Counted from the first letter of the stretch, positions 41,188 to 52,845 are shown. The stretch is DNA of 64,000 nucleotides from an uncultured Bacilli bacterium (GCA_947624565.1 CANQKX010000002.1:2059-66058); one strand, 5' to 3'. A program made the numbers and translations. The notes: generated from the sequence alone by a model not told the origin.

Positions 41188-43182
41188 ATGAAAAATAAGT
41201 ATTTTAATTTATCAATTTTAATTAGTATATTTTTAATTATTTTTTCTTCTTTCTTTAAAGTAAAAGATGTATATGCCAATACAACATTTACTACATGTAC
41301 TTTAACAGAAGGATCATATTTAAGATCAACTCCCGGAGGAGATAAACTTACTGATGTTGATAATAGTACATTTTTGCTATACGAACCAAAAAGATTAGAA
41401 GTAATTGAAACTAAAACTGTTAATGGAAAAGAATATAAAAAATTAAAAACTAATTATTATAGTAATAATTATGAAGGTTGGATATGGAGTGGATATTTAA
41501 AAGATTTTAGAACATATACAACTGATGATAACTATGCAAATAGTTTAAAAAATAAGGGATTTCCAGATAGTTATATATTACCTTTAACAAAACTTCATGC
41601 AGTATATCCAAATTGGAATTTTGAAGTATCAAAATATGGATCAGGTTTGAATTGGAATGATGTAATAAATGGAGAATATAATCCTGTTTATAAAAATTTG
41701 ATAAGTGGACCAAATGAATCTCTTAGATCGACAGATGGCGCAGCATATAATGCGGGAACTTATACACAATTTGAACCAGGATGGTATGCACCAAGTAAAC
41801 AAACAATAGCCTTTTATATGGATCCAAGAAATTGGCTTTATGATAATACTATATTTATGTTTGAACAATTATCATATAATTCAAAACTTCATACATCAAA
41901 TGCAGTACAACAAATATTAAATGGAACATTTATGCAAGGTTCTTATGAATATAATGGTAAACAATGGACTTATGCCGATACTTTTATTGAAGCAGGAAAA
42001 CAAAGAAATGTAAGCCCAATACAACTTGCAAGTCGTGTAATTCAAGAACAAGGAACAACAGGTAGTGCAACTATAAATATGCAAAGTGATGGTAAAACAT
42101 ACTATAATCATTTTAATATAAATGCATATGGTAGTGATACTGCAACAATTGTTTCAAATGCACTAAAAACTGCAAAAGCACAAGGATGGACGAATCCATA
42201 TTTATCAATATTAGGTGGATCTGCTACAATATCTAATGGATATATAAATATAGGACAAGATACTATATATTATCAAAAATTTAATACAATAAATAGTAGT
42301 GATGTATCATTATATTTACATCAATATATGGCAAATGTTAGAGTATTACCATCAGAAGCAAATACTACATATAATTCTTATTATAAAACTGGATTAATAA
42401 ATAGTTCGTTTACTTTTAAGATTCCAGTTTATAATAATATGCCTGATAAAACTACATTGTCAATAAATAATAATGCAGACAATACATTGAAATCATTATC
42501 AGTAAAAGAATGTTCATTAAATCCATCATTTAATTCAGCAGCAACAGATTATACATGTAATGTTTCAAATAATATTAATCAAGTAACTATTTCAGCAACT
42601 AAATCAAGTCAATATTCTTCATTAAAAGGCGATGGAGTAATAAAATTAAATAGTAGTAGTACTATTGCAAATATCGTAGTAACAGCTGCAAATGGAGAAG
42701 AAAAAATATATAAAATAACTATAAATAAGGTAGAACCAGGTAAAGAAAGTCCTGCTGATATAATTAGTTACTTAGGATATAACAATTCAAATAATGTTGT
42801 TACAGGAATATCATTAGGAACAAATAGAGCAAATATAATATCAAATGTAAAAAATAAATTTAATTTAGCATCAATTACAATAAAAGATAAAAATGGTAAT
42901 GCTAAAGAAGATGGTATAATATCAACAGCAGATCAAATAATTATTTCAATTAATGGTAAAACAACAACATTTACAGTTGCAATAAAAGGTGATGCAAATG
43001 GTGATGGAAAAATAAGTACAATAGATTATGCAAAGTCGAAAAATTATATTTTAGGTGTAAATAATAATTTATCAGGAATTTACTTTTCTTCCTTAGATAT
43101 TAATAGTGATGGAAAAATAAGTACAATAGATTATGCAAAAATAAAGAAATATATTTTAGGTGATACTTCAATAATAAAATAA
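41188..43182 (+). CDS. secreted multidomain protein: signal peptide, SH3b-like domain, putative glucosaminidase-like hydrolase region, cadherin-like beta-sandwich domain, and C-terminal type-I dockerin repeats
   Basis: Signal peptide; two dockerin Ca-binding repeats (DANGDGKISTIDYAKSKNYILG and DINSDGKISTIDYAKIKKYILG); a cadherin-like domain (NTLKSLSVKECSLNPSFNSAATDYTCNV). Confidence 0.6.
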   Translation: MKNKYFNLSILISIFLIIFSSFFKVKDVYANTTFTTCTLTEGSYLRSTPGGDKLTDVDNSTFLLYEPKRLEVIETKTVNGKEYKKLKTNYYSNNYEGWIWSGYLKDFRTYTTDDNYANSLKNKGFPDSYILPLTKLHAVYPNWNFEVSKYGSGLNWNDVINGEYNPVYKNLISGPNESLRSTDGAAYNAGTYTQFEPGWYAPSKQTIAFYMDPRNWLYDNTIFMFEQLSYNSKLHTSNAVQQILNGTFMQGSYEYNGKQWTYADTFIEAGKQRNVSPIQLASRVIQEQGTTGSATINMQSDGKTYYNHFNINAYGSDTATIVSNALKTAKAQGWTNPYLSILGGSATISNGYINIGQDTIYYQKFNTINSSDVSLYLHQYMANVRVLPSEANTTYNSYYKTGLINSSFTFKIPVYNNMPDKTTLSINNNADNTLKSLSVKECSLNPSFNSAATDYTCNVSNNINQVTISATKSSQYSSLKGDGVIKLNSSSTIANIVVTAANGEEKIYKITINKVEPGKESPADIISYLGYNNSNNVVTGISLGTNRANIISNVKNKFNLASITIKDKNGNAKEDGIISTADQIIISINGKTTTFTVAIKGDANGDGKISTIDYAKSKNYILGVNNNLSGIYFSSLDINSDGKISTIDYAKIKKYILGDTSIIK

Positions 43183-43197
43183 TAGGAGATGGTTTAT

Positions 43198-44655
43198 ATG
43201 AAAATTAAAAAATTTATACTTTTAACATTTATATTATACTTCATAATGCCAGTAAAATCTTATGCAATGACTGTTGGCAGTAGTTGCTCGGGAAGCAAGA
43301 CTGTTAATTTAGGTGATACCGTTTCAGTAACTTTTACAACTACTGCTTCATCACCTACAACTTTCACTTTAATGATTGATTATGATTCTTCAATATTAGG
43401 TATACCAACTTTGAGTGGTAATGGCGTAGAGGGGAATGCGTATAAGGCAACTAGTACTGGAAATGATTCAACAAGTAAACAATTTACATATACCTTTAAG
43501 ACTATAGCAACTGGTACAGCAAAAGTAAAAGCTAGCAGATTACAAGTTGCCGACTATGACATGGATCAAGATAAAGATGTATATAATTCATCATCTTGTA
43601 CTATTAATGTTGTAAAAGCATCAAGTTCATCCGGTGGTCAATCAAATAATGTAGTTAAAAATTCAGATAATAATTTAAAATCTTTAAGTGTTGATAAAGG
43701 AACATTAAGTCCTGAATTTAATAAAGATACTTTAGAATATTCTGTGGAACTTGCTAGTGATGTAACAAAAATAAATATTAATGCCGAAAGAAATGATTCA
43801 AAAGCATCAATAACAGGTATTGGCGAAGTACAGGTAAAAGAAGGACAAAATAAAATAGAAATAGTTGTAACTGCAGAAAATGGTAGTACTAAAACATATA
43901 TAATTAATGCATATGTTAAGGAAAAAGATCCAATAAATGTAAAAGTTGCAGGTGAAAAATATACTATAGTTAGAAATTTAAATGAATTAACAATTCCTGA
44001 TGATTTTAAAGAAGTAGATGTAAAAATAAATGATGAAATTATAAAAGGTTGTTATAATGAAGTAAGTAATATAACTTTAGTAGCATTAAAAGATTCTAAG
44101 GGTAATATAAATTTCTATATATATGATTTGAACAAATTGATATATACAAAATATAATTCAATTTCATCTTCAAATTTTAATATAGTAGTAATTGAACCAG
44201 ATAAAAATGTAAGAATACCACATAGATACTATAAGGTAGAATTTGATTATCAAGGTCAAACATTAAATGGTTATACACTTGGAGAAAATTCTGAGTTTAG
44301 AATAGTATATGGAATAAATACATCTACAGGAGAAAAAACATTTTATCAATATGATTTAGTAAATAATACTATACAAAGATTTTATAATGAACAAGTAGAA
44401 ATTTATGTAAATTTAGTAAAAAAATGTAAGTTAGCATTCATTATACTTGGATCATTTATAATAATATTAACAATTATTATAATTGTGTTATTATCAAAAA
44501 ATGTTAAATTTAAAAATAAATATTTAAGTAAAAAACTAAATGAAATTGATAGCCCAAAATATAATGAAGTAAAATATCAAGACTTAGAAGCAACAGGTAT
44601 AATTGAAACAAAAAAAACTAAAAAAAGTAAAGAAAAAACATTTTTAGATGAATAA
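43198..44655 (+). CDS. secreted, C-terminally membrane-anchored protein with a cadherin-like beta-sandwich domain
   Basis: Signal peptide, a cadherin-like domain (NNLKSLSVDKGTLSPEFNKDTLEYSVEL), and a C-terminal TM helix followed by a charged tail. Confidence 0.5.
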   Translation: MKIKKFILLTFILYFIMPVKSYAMTVGSSCSGSKTVNLGDTVSVTFTTTASSPTTFTLMIDYDSSILGIPTLSGNGVEGNAYKATSTGNDSTSKQFTYTFKTIATGTAKVKASRLQVADYDMDQDKDVYNSSSCTINVVKASSSSGGQSNNVVKNSDNNLKSLSVDKGTLSPEFNKDTLEYSVELASDVTKININAERNDSKASITGIGEVQVKEGQNKIEIVVTAENGSTKTYIINAYVKEKDPINVKVAGEKYTIVRNLNELTIPDDFKEVDVKINDEIIKGCYNEVSNITLVALKDSKGNINFYIYDLNKLIYTKYNSISSSNFNIVVIEPDKNVRIPHRYYKVEFDYQGQTLNGYTLGENSEFRIVYGINTSTGEKTFYQYDLVNNTIQRFYNEQVEIYVNLVKKCKLAFIILGSFIIILTIIIIVLLSKNVKFKNKYLSKKLNEIDSPKYNEVKYQDLEATGIIETKKTKKSKEKTFLDE

Positions 44656-44707
44656 AATGTTTTTTTTAGTCCATTATAATAATGACATGATAGTTTATAT
44701 GTTAAAA

Positions 44708-44741
44708 AAGAAAATACGCGGGATGCTATTTTCTTTTTTTA
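44708..44741 (+). terminator. rho-independent terminator
   Basis: aagaaaata...tattttctt stem followed by TTTTTTT. Confidence 0.55.
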
Positions 44742-44794
44742 TTGCAAAAATCATATAAATATTCTATAATTAATTTATGAGAGTAGGTAACTAG

Positions 44795-46177
44795 ATGAAG
44801 TATAATTTTTTAGCAAAAATCTTTATGTATTTAACAATATTTGTATTTTCAATTATTACAATTATTTTTTTATCACGAAATTATTTTATATTTGCTTTAC
44901 TAGCATATGTAATAGTTTTATTTATATCATTAAAAATGAATATAAAAAGATTCCCTTTATTTTTATTTATTATAAGTTTATTAATACGATTAGCAGTCAT
45001 TTTTATAGTAAATTTGCCTCAGCAAGCTGATATGTGGATTATGCTTGATGCTGCTAAAAAATTTGCTGTTAATGATTATTCTTTTAGCAATTTACCATAC
45101 TTTTCTACTTGGGGATATCAAACAGGATTTGTTATATATCAAGGTTTAATTTTAAAATTATTTAAAAATGAATTTGTTTTAAAAATACTTAATGCAGTAT
45201 TTACATCATTAACAACAGTTATAGTATATTTAATATCAAAAAAATTTACATCAGAGAAAAGTGCTAAAATTGTATCTTTATTATATATGATACTACCTAT
45301 GCCACTTTTATTAAATCCAATATTAAACAATCATATATTATCAGCATTACTTATGTATATTGGTATCATGTTTATAATAAAAGAAGAAAAAACTATAAAA
45401 GATTATATTTTTGCTTCTATATTAATTGCTATAGGTAATATTTTAAGACCAGAAGGTATAATAGTTGTTTTTTCATTGATTGTATTTGAAATAATAAAAA
45501 TAAATAAGAAAACAATTTTTGATATATCAAGAAAAATCTTTGTCTTTTTGGCTATATATTTATCTATTAATTCATTTTCTTCATTTTTAATTCAAAAAAC
45601 TGGTATAAATGAAGTGGGATTAAAAAATAATAATCCTTTATGGAAATTTGTACTTGGATTTAACCATGATACATGTGGATATTACAGTTATGATGATGAA
45701 AAATATTCTTATAGTGAAAAAGAAGAAATGGAAGTTATAAAAGATAGAGTATTAACATCTCCATCTAAATTAACTAAATTATTTACTTGTAAAATTGATT
45801 ATTTTTGGTTATTATCAAAACCATCTACAGGAGAATTTAATGCAAAAGAATTTAATTTTATGAATATAAAAATTAGTGCTGAAAAACTTAATGATATTGT
45901 AATAAATTTCAATACATATATTTATATAATAACACTATTCATGTGTTTTATTGGAGTTATATTTAATATAAATAAAATAATACAAAATAATTCAATATTT
46001 TTTGTTATAATGATGATAGTTACATTCTTTGTATATCTACTTATTGAACTTAGAGTTAGATACACATACTTTATTGTAATATCAATATTTATATTATCAT
46101 CATACGGATATGATTATGTTTTAAATTATATATCAAAATTAAAAAAACATAAAAATATATCTAAGAGTAAAATTTAA
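44795..46177 (+). CDS. GT-C fold polytopic membrane glycosyltransferase (ArnT/PMT-like)
   Basis: More than 10 TM segments and a periplasmic-loop acidic motif (QQADMWIMLDAAKKF) early in the protein, typical of GT39/GT83-like enzymes. Confidence 0.45.
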   Translation: MKYNFLAKIFMYLTIFVFSIITIIFLSRNYFIFALLAYVIVLFISLKMNIKRFPLFLFIISLLIRLAVIFIVNLPQQADMWIMLDAAKKFAVNDYSFSNLPYFSTWGYQTGFVIYQGLILKLFKNEFVLKILNAVFTSLTTVIVYLISKKFTSEKSAKIVSLLYMILPMPLLLNPILNNHILSALLMYIGIMFIIKEEKTIKDYIFASILIAIGNILRPEGIIVVFSLIVFEIIKINKKTIFDISRKIFVFLAIYLSINSFSSFLIQKTGINEVGLKNNNPLWKFVLGFNHDTCGYYSYDDEKYSYSEKEEMEVIKDRVLTSPSKLTKLFTCKIDYFWLLSKPSTGEFNAKEFNFMNIKISAEKLNDIVINFNTYIYIITLFMCFIGVIFNINKIIQNNSIFFVIMMIVTFFVYLLIELRVRYTYFIVISIFILSSYGYDYVLNYISKLKKHKNISKSKI

Positions 46178-46189
46178 AGGAGTGATAAA

Positions 46190-47464
46190 ATGATATCTAA
46201 ATTAAATAATATTATAGATAAAAATATAGTAAAAATATTTATGATATTTCTATTTATTCAACCATTTTTAGATGTTATCGCAGCTGTAATATTATATCAT
46301 TTTAAAATAAATTTTACTATAAGTTCTTTAATAAGATTTATATTTCTTATCTTTTGCATTTATTATTTGTTTTTTATAAAAAAACAAAAGGTGCCACTTC
46401 TAATAATACTTACTTATTCATTAATATTTATAGTGCAAAATATATATTATAAAGAAATTTCAAATATATATTTTGAAATAAAAATGTTACTTAATAACAT
46501 ATATTTACCTATTATACTATTATTTATGATTGGTATATTTAAAGATAATAAAATTAATATGAAAAATATCTATATAATATTTATAATATATATTCTATTT
46601 ATTTTCATTCCAGATATATTAAATATAGGATTTAATAGTTATGCATATTCAAAAGTAGGTAGTGCAGGATTATTTTTTTCTGCTAATGCAATAGGAAGTA
46701 TAATAAGTATGTTATTTCCAATTTTACTTGCTTATTTAGTAAGTAAAAAAAGAAAAATATTATTGCCTATATTTTTATTAATTTATTTCTTTATATTATT
46801 CAAAATGGGTACAAAAGCACCATTATTATGTTCTAGTATAGTTATAATATATTATTTTATATTATTATTTATTAATTTATTTAAAAAGAAAAAATATACA
46901 TATATATTTTTAAGTTTTATTATGATATTTGCATTTATTTTATTAATTGTAAAATTATTACCATATACTGCATTTTATAAGAATTTAGTAATTCATTTAA
47001 ATTTCTTAAATGTAAAAAAAGTATCTGATTTATTTAATTTTAAATATATAGATCACTTCTTATTTGGAAGTAGGTTATCATTTTTTAAAGATACATTTAA
47101 AATATATTTAAATTCTTCAATTTTTCAGAAACTTTTTGGAATAGGATATACATTAAATAATAATTATTTAAAGATTTCTGAAATGGATTATTTAGATACA
47201 TTTATTCATCAAGGTATAATAGGATTTATAGTGATTTATTTTACATATTTTAAATGTATTTTTCAAATATTCAAAAATTATATAAAGAACTTTACTAAGA
47301 ATTTTAAAAATATAAATATAACATCTATTATAATATCATTAGTAACATCAATATTATGTGCATTACTTACAGGCCATGTACTTTCAACACCATCTGTTTC
47401 AATTTTCGTTTCATTAATAATTATAATAATATATAATAAAAATATACAAGGAGAAATAAAATGA
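46190..47464 (+). CDS. O-antigen ligase/polymerase (Wzy-like) family membrane protein
   Basis: 424 aa with 10-12 TM segments and a larger loop toward the C-terminal third; located inside the polysaccharide locus. Confidence 0.45.
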   Translation: MISKLNNIIDKNIVKIFMIFLFIQPFLDVIAAVILYHFKINFTISSLIRFIFLIFCIYYLFFIKKQKVPLLIILTYSLIFIVQNIYYKEISNIYFEIKMLLNNIYLPIILLFMIGIFKDNKINMKNIYIIFIIYILFIFIPDILNIGFNSYAYSKVGSAGLFFSANAIGSIISMLFPILLAYLVSKKRKILLPIFLLIYFFILFKMGTKAPLLCSSIVIIYYFILLFINLFKKKKYTYIFLSFIMIFAFILLIVKLLPYTAFYKNLVIHLNFLNVKKVSDLFNFKYIDHFLFGSRLSFFKDTFKIYLNSSIFQKLFGIGYTLNNNYLKISEMDYLDTFIHQGIIGFIVIYFTYFKCIFQIFKNYIKNFTKNFKNINITSIIISLVTSILCALLTGHVLSTPSVSIFVSLIIIIIYNKNIQGEIK

Positions 47465-48012
47465 GAAGATACAAAAAAGATCAATTAAAAAAAATTAGAA
47501 TATATTTAATACTAGATTCTATGAAAAGAACTAAATATATTATTAAACATGATATTTTTAAAGAAGTAGGAAAAAATTTTTTCTTTCAACCAAGAAAAAT
47601 ACCTGCTGATCCAAAACTTATTAAGTTTCATAATAATGTTGTTGTAACAAGTGGAGTATTATTTATAACACACGATGTTACTGATTTTATGCTTAATAAT
47701 AGAGAAAATATAGATCATTTTTATAAATATAATTCAGGATGCATAGAAGTTATGAATAATGTTTTTATAGGTAGTAATTCAATAATTCTTCCAAATATAA
47801 AAATAGGTAATAATGTAATAATAGGTGCTGGATCTGTAGTTACAAAAGATGTTCCTGATAATTCAGTAATCGCAGGTAATCCTGCTAAAATAATATGTTC
47901 TTTTGATGATTATATAAATAAAAGAAAACAAAAAGATGAAAATTTAGTTGAATATACAAATGAAGAAACAGAAAACAAATTATGGGAACAATTTTATAAA
48001 AATAAAGATTAG
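47461..48012 (+). CDS. hexapeptide-repeat (LbH) sugar O-acetyltransferase
   Basis: Hexapeptide repeats ([45 protein letters not shown]). Confidence 0.7.
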   Translation: MRRYKKDQLKKIRIYLILDSMKRTKYIIKHDIFKEVGKNFFFQPRKIPADPKLIKFHNNVVVTSGVLFITHDVTDFMLNNRENIDHFYKYNSGCIEVMNNVFIGSNSIILPNIKIGNNVIIGAGSVVTKDVPDNSVIAGNPAKIICSFDDYINKRKQKDENLVEYTNEETENKLWEQFYKNKD

Positions 48013-48021
48013 GTGATTAAA

Positions 48022-49122
48022 TTGAAAAAGAAAATAATATTTATGTCATATAGTTTATGTTTTGGTGGAATAGAAAAAGCACTTATTGAATTATTAAACA
48101 AATTAGATTATTCAAAATATGATGTAACTTTATTGCTTGAGAAAAAAGAAGGAGATTTTTTAGCAAAATTAAATAAAAATGTAAAAATATATAATTATGA
48201 TATATGTAATAGTAAAAATGTATTATATAGAAAATTTAGAAATGGTTTAAAAAGGTTAAAATATTTAATGTTTAATTATATGAAATATGACTTTGCATGT
48301 TGTTATGCTACTTATTCAAAACCATGTAGTTTACTATCTTTAAAATCATCAAAAAATACTGCATTATATGTTCATGGTGATTATGTTAATGAGTTTAATG
48401 ATAATAAAAAAACTATAGATTTTTTTCAAAATCAAGATATAGAAAAATTTAAAAAAGTTATATTTGTATCCAATGAATCAAGAGATAATTTGATAAAATT
48501 AATGCCACAAATAACTAATAAAAGTTATGTGATAAATAATATTATTAATAATAGTGATATAATTAAATTATCTAATGAAAAAATAAATGAAACAAAAAGA
48601 AAAGATACAATATTATTGTTATATGTAGGAAGATTAGATGAAAAAGTTAAAAGAATATCTAAAATGATTTTAACTACAGAATTTTTAAATAAAAATAATA
48701 TACATACTGATTTTTGGATTATAGGTGATGGAGAAGATTATCAATTATATGAAAAAATTATAAAAGAAAAAAAATTGCAGAATAATGTTAAATTATTAGG
48801 TAGTAAAATAAATCCATATCCATATATAAAATTATGTGATTATTTAGTTATTACATCTGATCATGAAGGATTTCCAGTAACTTGTTTAGAAGCAATGTGT
48901 TTAAATAAAAATATTATTTCTACTATTAGTGTTAGCGATGATGAAATTGATATAAAAGATTATGCCTATATAATTTCTAAAGATGTAGATAAAATGAAAA
49001 ATGAAGTATTAAAAATAGTAAACTCAAAAAATAAATTAAAAGAAGTAGACTTTAATACAATAAACAAAAAAAGAATAAAAAAACTTGAAGCAATGTTTGA
49101 AGGTGAATTTGATGAAGTTTAG
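48022..49122 (+). CDS. GT4-family glycosyltransferase
   Basis: C-terminal GT4 E-x7-E-like region (HEGFPVTCLEAM). TTG start after an aggtga RBS (the ORF is listed from a GTG at 48013). Confidence 0.6.
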   Translation: MKKKIIFMSYSLCFGGIEKALIELLNKLDYSKYDVTLLLEKKEGDFLAKLNKNVKIYNYDICNSKNVLYRKFRNGLKRLKYLMFNYMKYDFACCYATYSKPCSLLSLKSSKNTALYVHGDYVNEFNDNKKTIDFFQNQDIEKFKKVIFVSNESRDNLIKLMPQITNKSYVINNIINNSDIIKLSNEKINETKRKDTILLLYVGRLDEKVKRISKMILTTEFLNKNNIHTDFWIIGDGEDYQLYEKIIKEKKLQNNVKLLGSKINPYPYIKLCDYLVITSDHEGFPVTCLEAMCLNKNIISTISVSDDEIDIKDYAYIISKDVDKMKNEVLKIVNSKNKLKEVDFNTINKKRIKKLEAMFEGEFDEV

Positions 49123-50023
49123 TTTAATAATACCTGTTTATAATGTTGAAAAATATTTAGAAAAATGTTTAAAAAGTATTTTAGATAATACATATAAAAA
49201 TTATGAAGTAATTATTGTTAATGATGGATCTACTGATAATAGTGAAAAAATAATAAAAGAAAATTTAAATAAATTTGAAGATATAACTTATATAAAACAA
49301 AAAAATAAAGGACTTAGTAGTGCAAGAAATGAAGGAGTAAAAAAATCTAAAGGAGATTATATTTGCTTTATAGATTCAGATGATTATATTCAAAAAGATA
49401 TGCTTGAAGTATTAAATAATAATTTAAAAGATAATCCTGATATTTTAAGATTTCAACTAAGAGAAGTATATAATGATAAGAGTGTAGATATAAATGAAAT
49501 CTCGTTTAATACAACAAATTCAAATAATGCCTTTAGTAAAATAGTTAAATATAAATATATAGAAATGTCCCAATTATATATATATAAAGCATCTTTCTAT
49601 AAGGAAAATAATTTTTCTTTTAAAGAGGGTATTTATCATGAAGATTTTGCATTAATACCTATTATAATAGCTAGTTGTAAAAGTATAAAATCAATTGATT
49701 ATATTGGATACAACTATGTTATTAGAGATGGAAGTATAATGAGAAGTAATGATAAAAATAAAATTATAAAGAAAATGGATGATAGTTTACTAGCATTTAA
49801 TCAAGCTATACAGATATTAAATAAAATGGAAAATAAAGATGAATTTAAAAATTTTTATGCAAATAGTATATTAGATAAATATTACTCTTTGGATAAAAAT
49901 TCAAAGAAAGAGTATAAAGAAAGAATAAAAAAATTAAATGTATTTAGTTATATGTCAACTAATAATTTTAAAAGAAAAATAAAAAAAATAATATATAAAA
50001 TAAAGTTTGGAGTAGGAATATGA
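49112..50023 (+). CDS. GT2-family glycosyltransferase
   Basis: FSLIIPVYNVEKYLEKCLKSIL...VNDGSTD...DSDD. Confidence 0.75.
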   Translation: MKFSLIIPVYNVEKYLEKCLKSILDNTYKNYEVIIVNDGSTDNSEKIIKENLNKFEDITYIKQKNKGLSSARNEGVKKSKGDYICFIDSDDYIQKDMLEVLNNNLKDNPDILRFQLREVYNDKSVDINEISFNTTNSNNAFSKIVKYKYIEMSQLYIYKASFYKENNFSFKEGIYHEDFALIPIIIASCKSIKSIDYIGYNYVIRDGSIMRSNDKNKIIKKMDDSLLAFNQAIQILNKMENKDEFKNFYANSILDKYYSLDKNSKKEYKERIKKLNVFSYMSTNNFKRKIKKIIYKIKFGVGI

Positions 50024-50967
50024 AAGTAAGTATAATTGTACCTGTATATAATACAAAAAAATATTTGAAAAAGTGTATAGATTCTATAGTAAATCAAACA
50101 TATAAAAATATTGAAATTATAATAATTAATGATTGTAGCAGTGAAAATATAGATGAAATTGTAAATCAATATGAAGATAAAAGAATTATATATATAAAAA
50201 ATACTGCAAATAAAGGTATTGGTTATAATAGAAATTTAGGAATAAAAAAATCTACAGGAAGTTATATTTGTTTTATAGATTCAGATGATTATATAAAAGA
50301 AGATTTTGTTGAAAAAATGTTAAATAAATGTACTAATGAAGATTTAGATATGTGTATTTGTGATTATAATTACGTATATGAAAAGAGTAATAAAATACAA
50401 AGTGTAAATCTTGCTAGTTTTGATACTACAAATTTAGATGAAAATCCAAAACTTTTAATTGATATTCCACTTGGGCCTTGTAATAAAATGTATAAAAAAT
50501 CTATGATTTTAAATCATAAGATAAAGTTTAGTGAGATTTTAAAATATGAAGATGTATCTTTTGTAGCATCTACACTTTATTATAGTGATAAAATTGGAAA
50601 AATAGATGAAGCATTAAATTATTTTCTAGTTCATGAAAATAGTCAAACTACTACTCGTGATGAAAAAGTATTTGATATATTTAAACAACTTGATATGGTT
50701 AAAGATATTTATAAGAATGATAAAAATGATTACTTAGATGAACTTATAATATCTATATTATTTAATTATAATATCCAGCAAAGATATCAAGAAAATAGTG
50801 AGATAGCAAATAAGTTTATAGATCATTCTTTTGAATATTTAAAGAAAAATAATATATCATATAAACAAAGTATGTATTTAATAAATAGACCTATATTAAA
50901 ATCATTTATAGAAAAAAGTAAATTTAGAACAAAGTTATATTGCTTTTTATACAGAAAATTAATATAA
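50020..50967 (+). CDS. GT2-family glycosyltransferase
   Basis: VSIIVPVYNTKKYLKKCIDSIVNQ...DSDD. Confidence 0.75.
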   Translation: MKVSIIVPVYNTKKYLKKCIDSIVNQTYKNIEIIIINDCSSENIDEIVNQYEDKRIIYIKNTANKGIGYNRNLGIKKSTGSYICFIDSDDYIKEDFVEKMLNKCTNEDLDMCICDYNYVYEKSNKIQSVNLASFDTTNLDENPKLLIDIPLGPCNKMYKKSMILNHKIKFSEILKYEDVSFVASTLYYSDKIGKIDEALNYFLVHENSQTTTRDEKVFDIFKQLDMVKDIYKNDKNDYLDELIISILFNYNIQQRYQENSEIANKFIDHSFEYLKKNNISYKQSMYLINRPILKSFIEKSKFRTKLYCFLYRKLI

Positions 50968-51054
50968 TTTTAGTTATTAATTTAATATATTTTATATTGT
51001 TTGTATCTATATGATATGATATAATGATAGTAATTAAAGTAGAGGAGAAGTAAA

Positions 51055-52002
51055 ATGAAAGAATTAATTACAGTAATTGTTCCTTGCTATAACGAGGAAG
51101 AATCTTTACCACTATTTTATGAAGAAATTATTAAAGTAGCAGATAAAATGTCAAAACAAGTTGATTTTGAATTTATTTTGGTAAATGATGGTAGCAAAGA
51201 TAAAACTTTAGAAATATCTAAAAATTTATCAAAAAAAGATAAAAGAGTAAAATATGTTTCTTTTTCTAGAAATTTTGGTAAGGAAGCTGGTATGCTTGCA
51301 GGGTTAGAATATGCAAAAGGAGATTATATAGCAATAATGGATGCTGATTTACAAGATCCACCATCTATGCTTCCAGAAATGTATAATATAATTAAAAAAG
51401 AAGGTTATGATTGTGTTGGTACTAGAAGAGTAACTAGAAAAGGAGAACCACCAATTAGAAGTTTTTTTGCAAGATGTTTTTATAAAATAATAAACAAAAT
51501 GTCAAAAGTAGAAATGGTAGATGGTGCGAGAGATTATAGACTTATGACTCGCCAAATGGTTAATTCTATTATATCTATGAAAGAGTATAATAGATATTCA
51601 AAGGGTTTATTTAGTTTTGTTGGTTATGATACTAAATGGTTAGAATATGAAAATATAGAAAGAGTTGCAGGTGAAACAAAATGGTCATTTTGGAAATTAT
51701 TTAAATATGCGATTGAAGGTATTGTTGCATTTTCAACAGTTCCATTATCAATATCAGCAATATTAGGTATTATTATGTGTTTGGTTGCATTTATTGCAAT
51801 AATTGTAATAATAATAAAAACATTGATGTTTGGAGATCCTGTTGGTGGTTGGCCAAGTATGGTTTGTATCATTTTATTTGTCAGTGGTATTCAACTATTT
51901 TGTATGGGAATAATAGGTCAGTATTTAGCAAAAACATATTTAGAAACTAAAAAAAGACCAGTGTATATTGTAAAAGAAACAAATCAAGATAAAATAGAAT
52001 AA
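51055..52002 (+). CDS. GtrB-like polyprenyl-phosphate glycosyltransferase (GT2 with C-terminal TM helices)
   Basis: ITVIVPCYNEEE...VNDGSKD...DADLQDPP, plus two C-terminal TM helices, as in GtrB/CsbB/ArnC. Confidence 0.7.
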   Translation: MKELITVIVPCYNEEESLPLFYEEIIKVADKMSKQVDFEFILVNDGSKDKTLEISKNLSKKDKRVKYVSFSRNFGKEAGMLAGLEYAKGDYIAIMDADLQDPPSMLPEMYNIIKKEGYDCVGTRRVTRKGEPPIRSFFARCFYKIINKMSKVEMVDGARDYRLMTRQMVNSIISMKEYNRYSKGLFSFVGYDTKWLEYENIERVAGETKWSFWKLFKYAIEGIVAFSTVPLSISAILGIIMCLVAFIAIIVIIIKTLMFGDPVGGWPSMVCIILFVSGIQLFCMGIIGQYLAKTYLETKKRPVYIVKETNQDKIE

Positions 52003-52026
52003 TTCTCATATGAGAATTTTTTTTAT
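52002..52026 (+). terminator. rho-independent terminator
   Basis: attctcatatgagaat palindrome followed by TTTTTTTT. Confidence 0.55.
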
Positions 52027-52127
52027 TAATATAATAGTTTGTTACATTTTATAAAATGTGATATAATGTACATGTTGGTGTTACATCAATTTAAGTATTA
52101 TATTTTTTTAGGGGGAAAATACAAATA

Positions 52128-52829
52128 ATGAAAAATGGGAAAATTATATTTGTATTATGTATAATTAATTTAGTTTTAACATTGTTTATTATTTTTAATG
52201 TAAGGACTAATGAATTATCATATAATACTATTAAAATTAATAAAAAAGATAATTTAACAGAAAAACTTAAAAATGAAAATTTTGTATTCTTAGGTGATTC
52301 AATTACTGATTGGTATCCTTTTGATGAATTATATGAGGATATTATGCCAATAATAAATAGTGGAAGAGCTGGGTATCAAACAAAAGATATTTTAGAAAAA
52401 TTACCTAGTTTAGTTTATGACTATAATCCAACTAAAGTATTTATATTAATAGGTACAAATGATTTAAAAGACGAAAATTTGACAACAGATAATATAGTCA
52501 ATAATATTAAAGAAATTATAGAAAAAATAAAAGAAAATAGACCTAATGCTAAGATATATCTTCAATCTATATATCCTATTAATAATACAGATAATGAAAA
52601 AATAGATAAAAAAGATGTTGGAATAAGAAAAAACGAGAATATAAAAGAAATTAATAAGAAATTAAAATCTTATTGTGAAGAAAATCAAATAGTGTATATA
52701 GATATGTATACTAATTTAATAGATAAAGATGGTAATTTAGATATAAAATATACTGAAGATGGTCTACATTTATCATCACTTGGTTACATAAAAGTTACTA
52801 GAATATTGTTACCGTACCTAGAAAATTAA
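52128..52829 (+). CDS. SGNH/GDSL hydrolase family protein
   Basis: GDSIT block I (FLGDSITDW), block III GTND, and a DGLH block V. Confidence 0.65.
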   Translation: MKNGKIIFVLCIINLVLTLFIIFNVRTNELSYNTIKINKKDNLTEKLKNENFVFLGDSITDWYPFDELYEDIMPIINSGRAGYQTKDILEKLPSLVYDYNPTKVFILIGTNDLKDENLTTDNIVNNIKEIIEKIKENRPNAKIYLQSIYPINNTDNEKIDKKDVGIRKNENIKEINKKLKSYCEENQIVYIDMYTNLIDKDGNLDIKYTEDGLHLSSLGYIKVTRILLPYLEN

Positions 52830-52845
52830 AAGGAGAATAAGTTGT

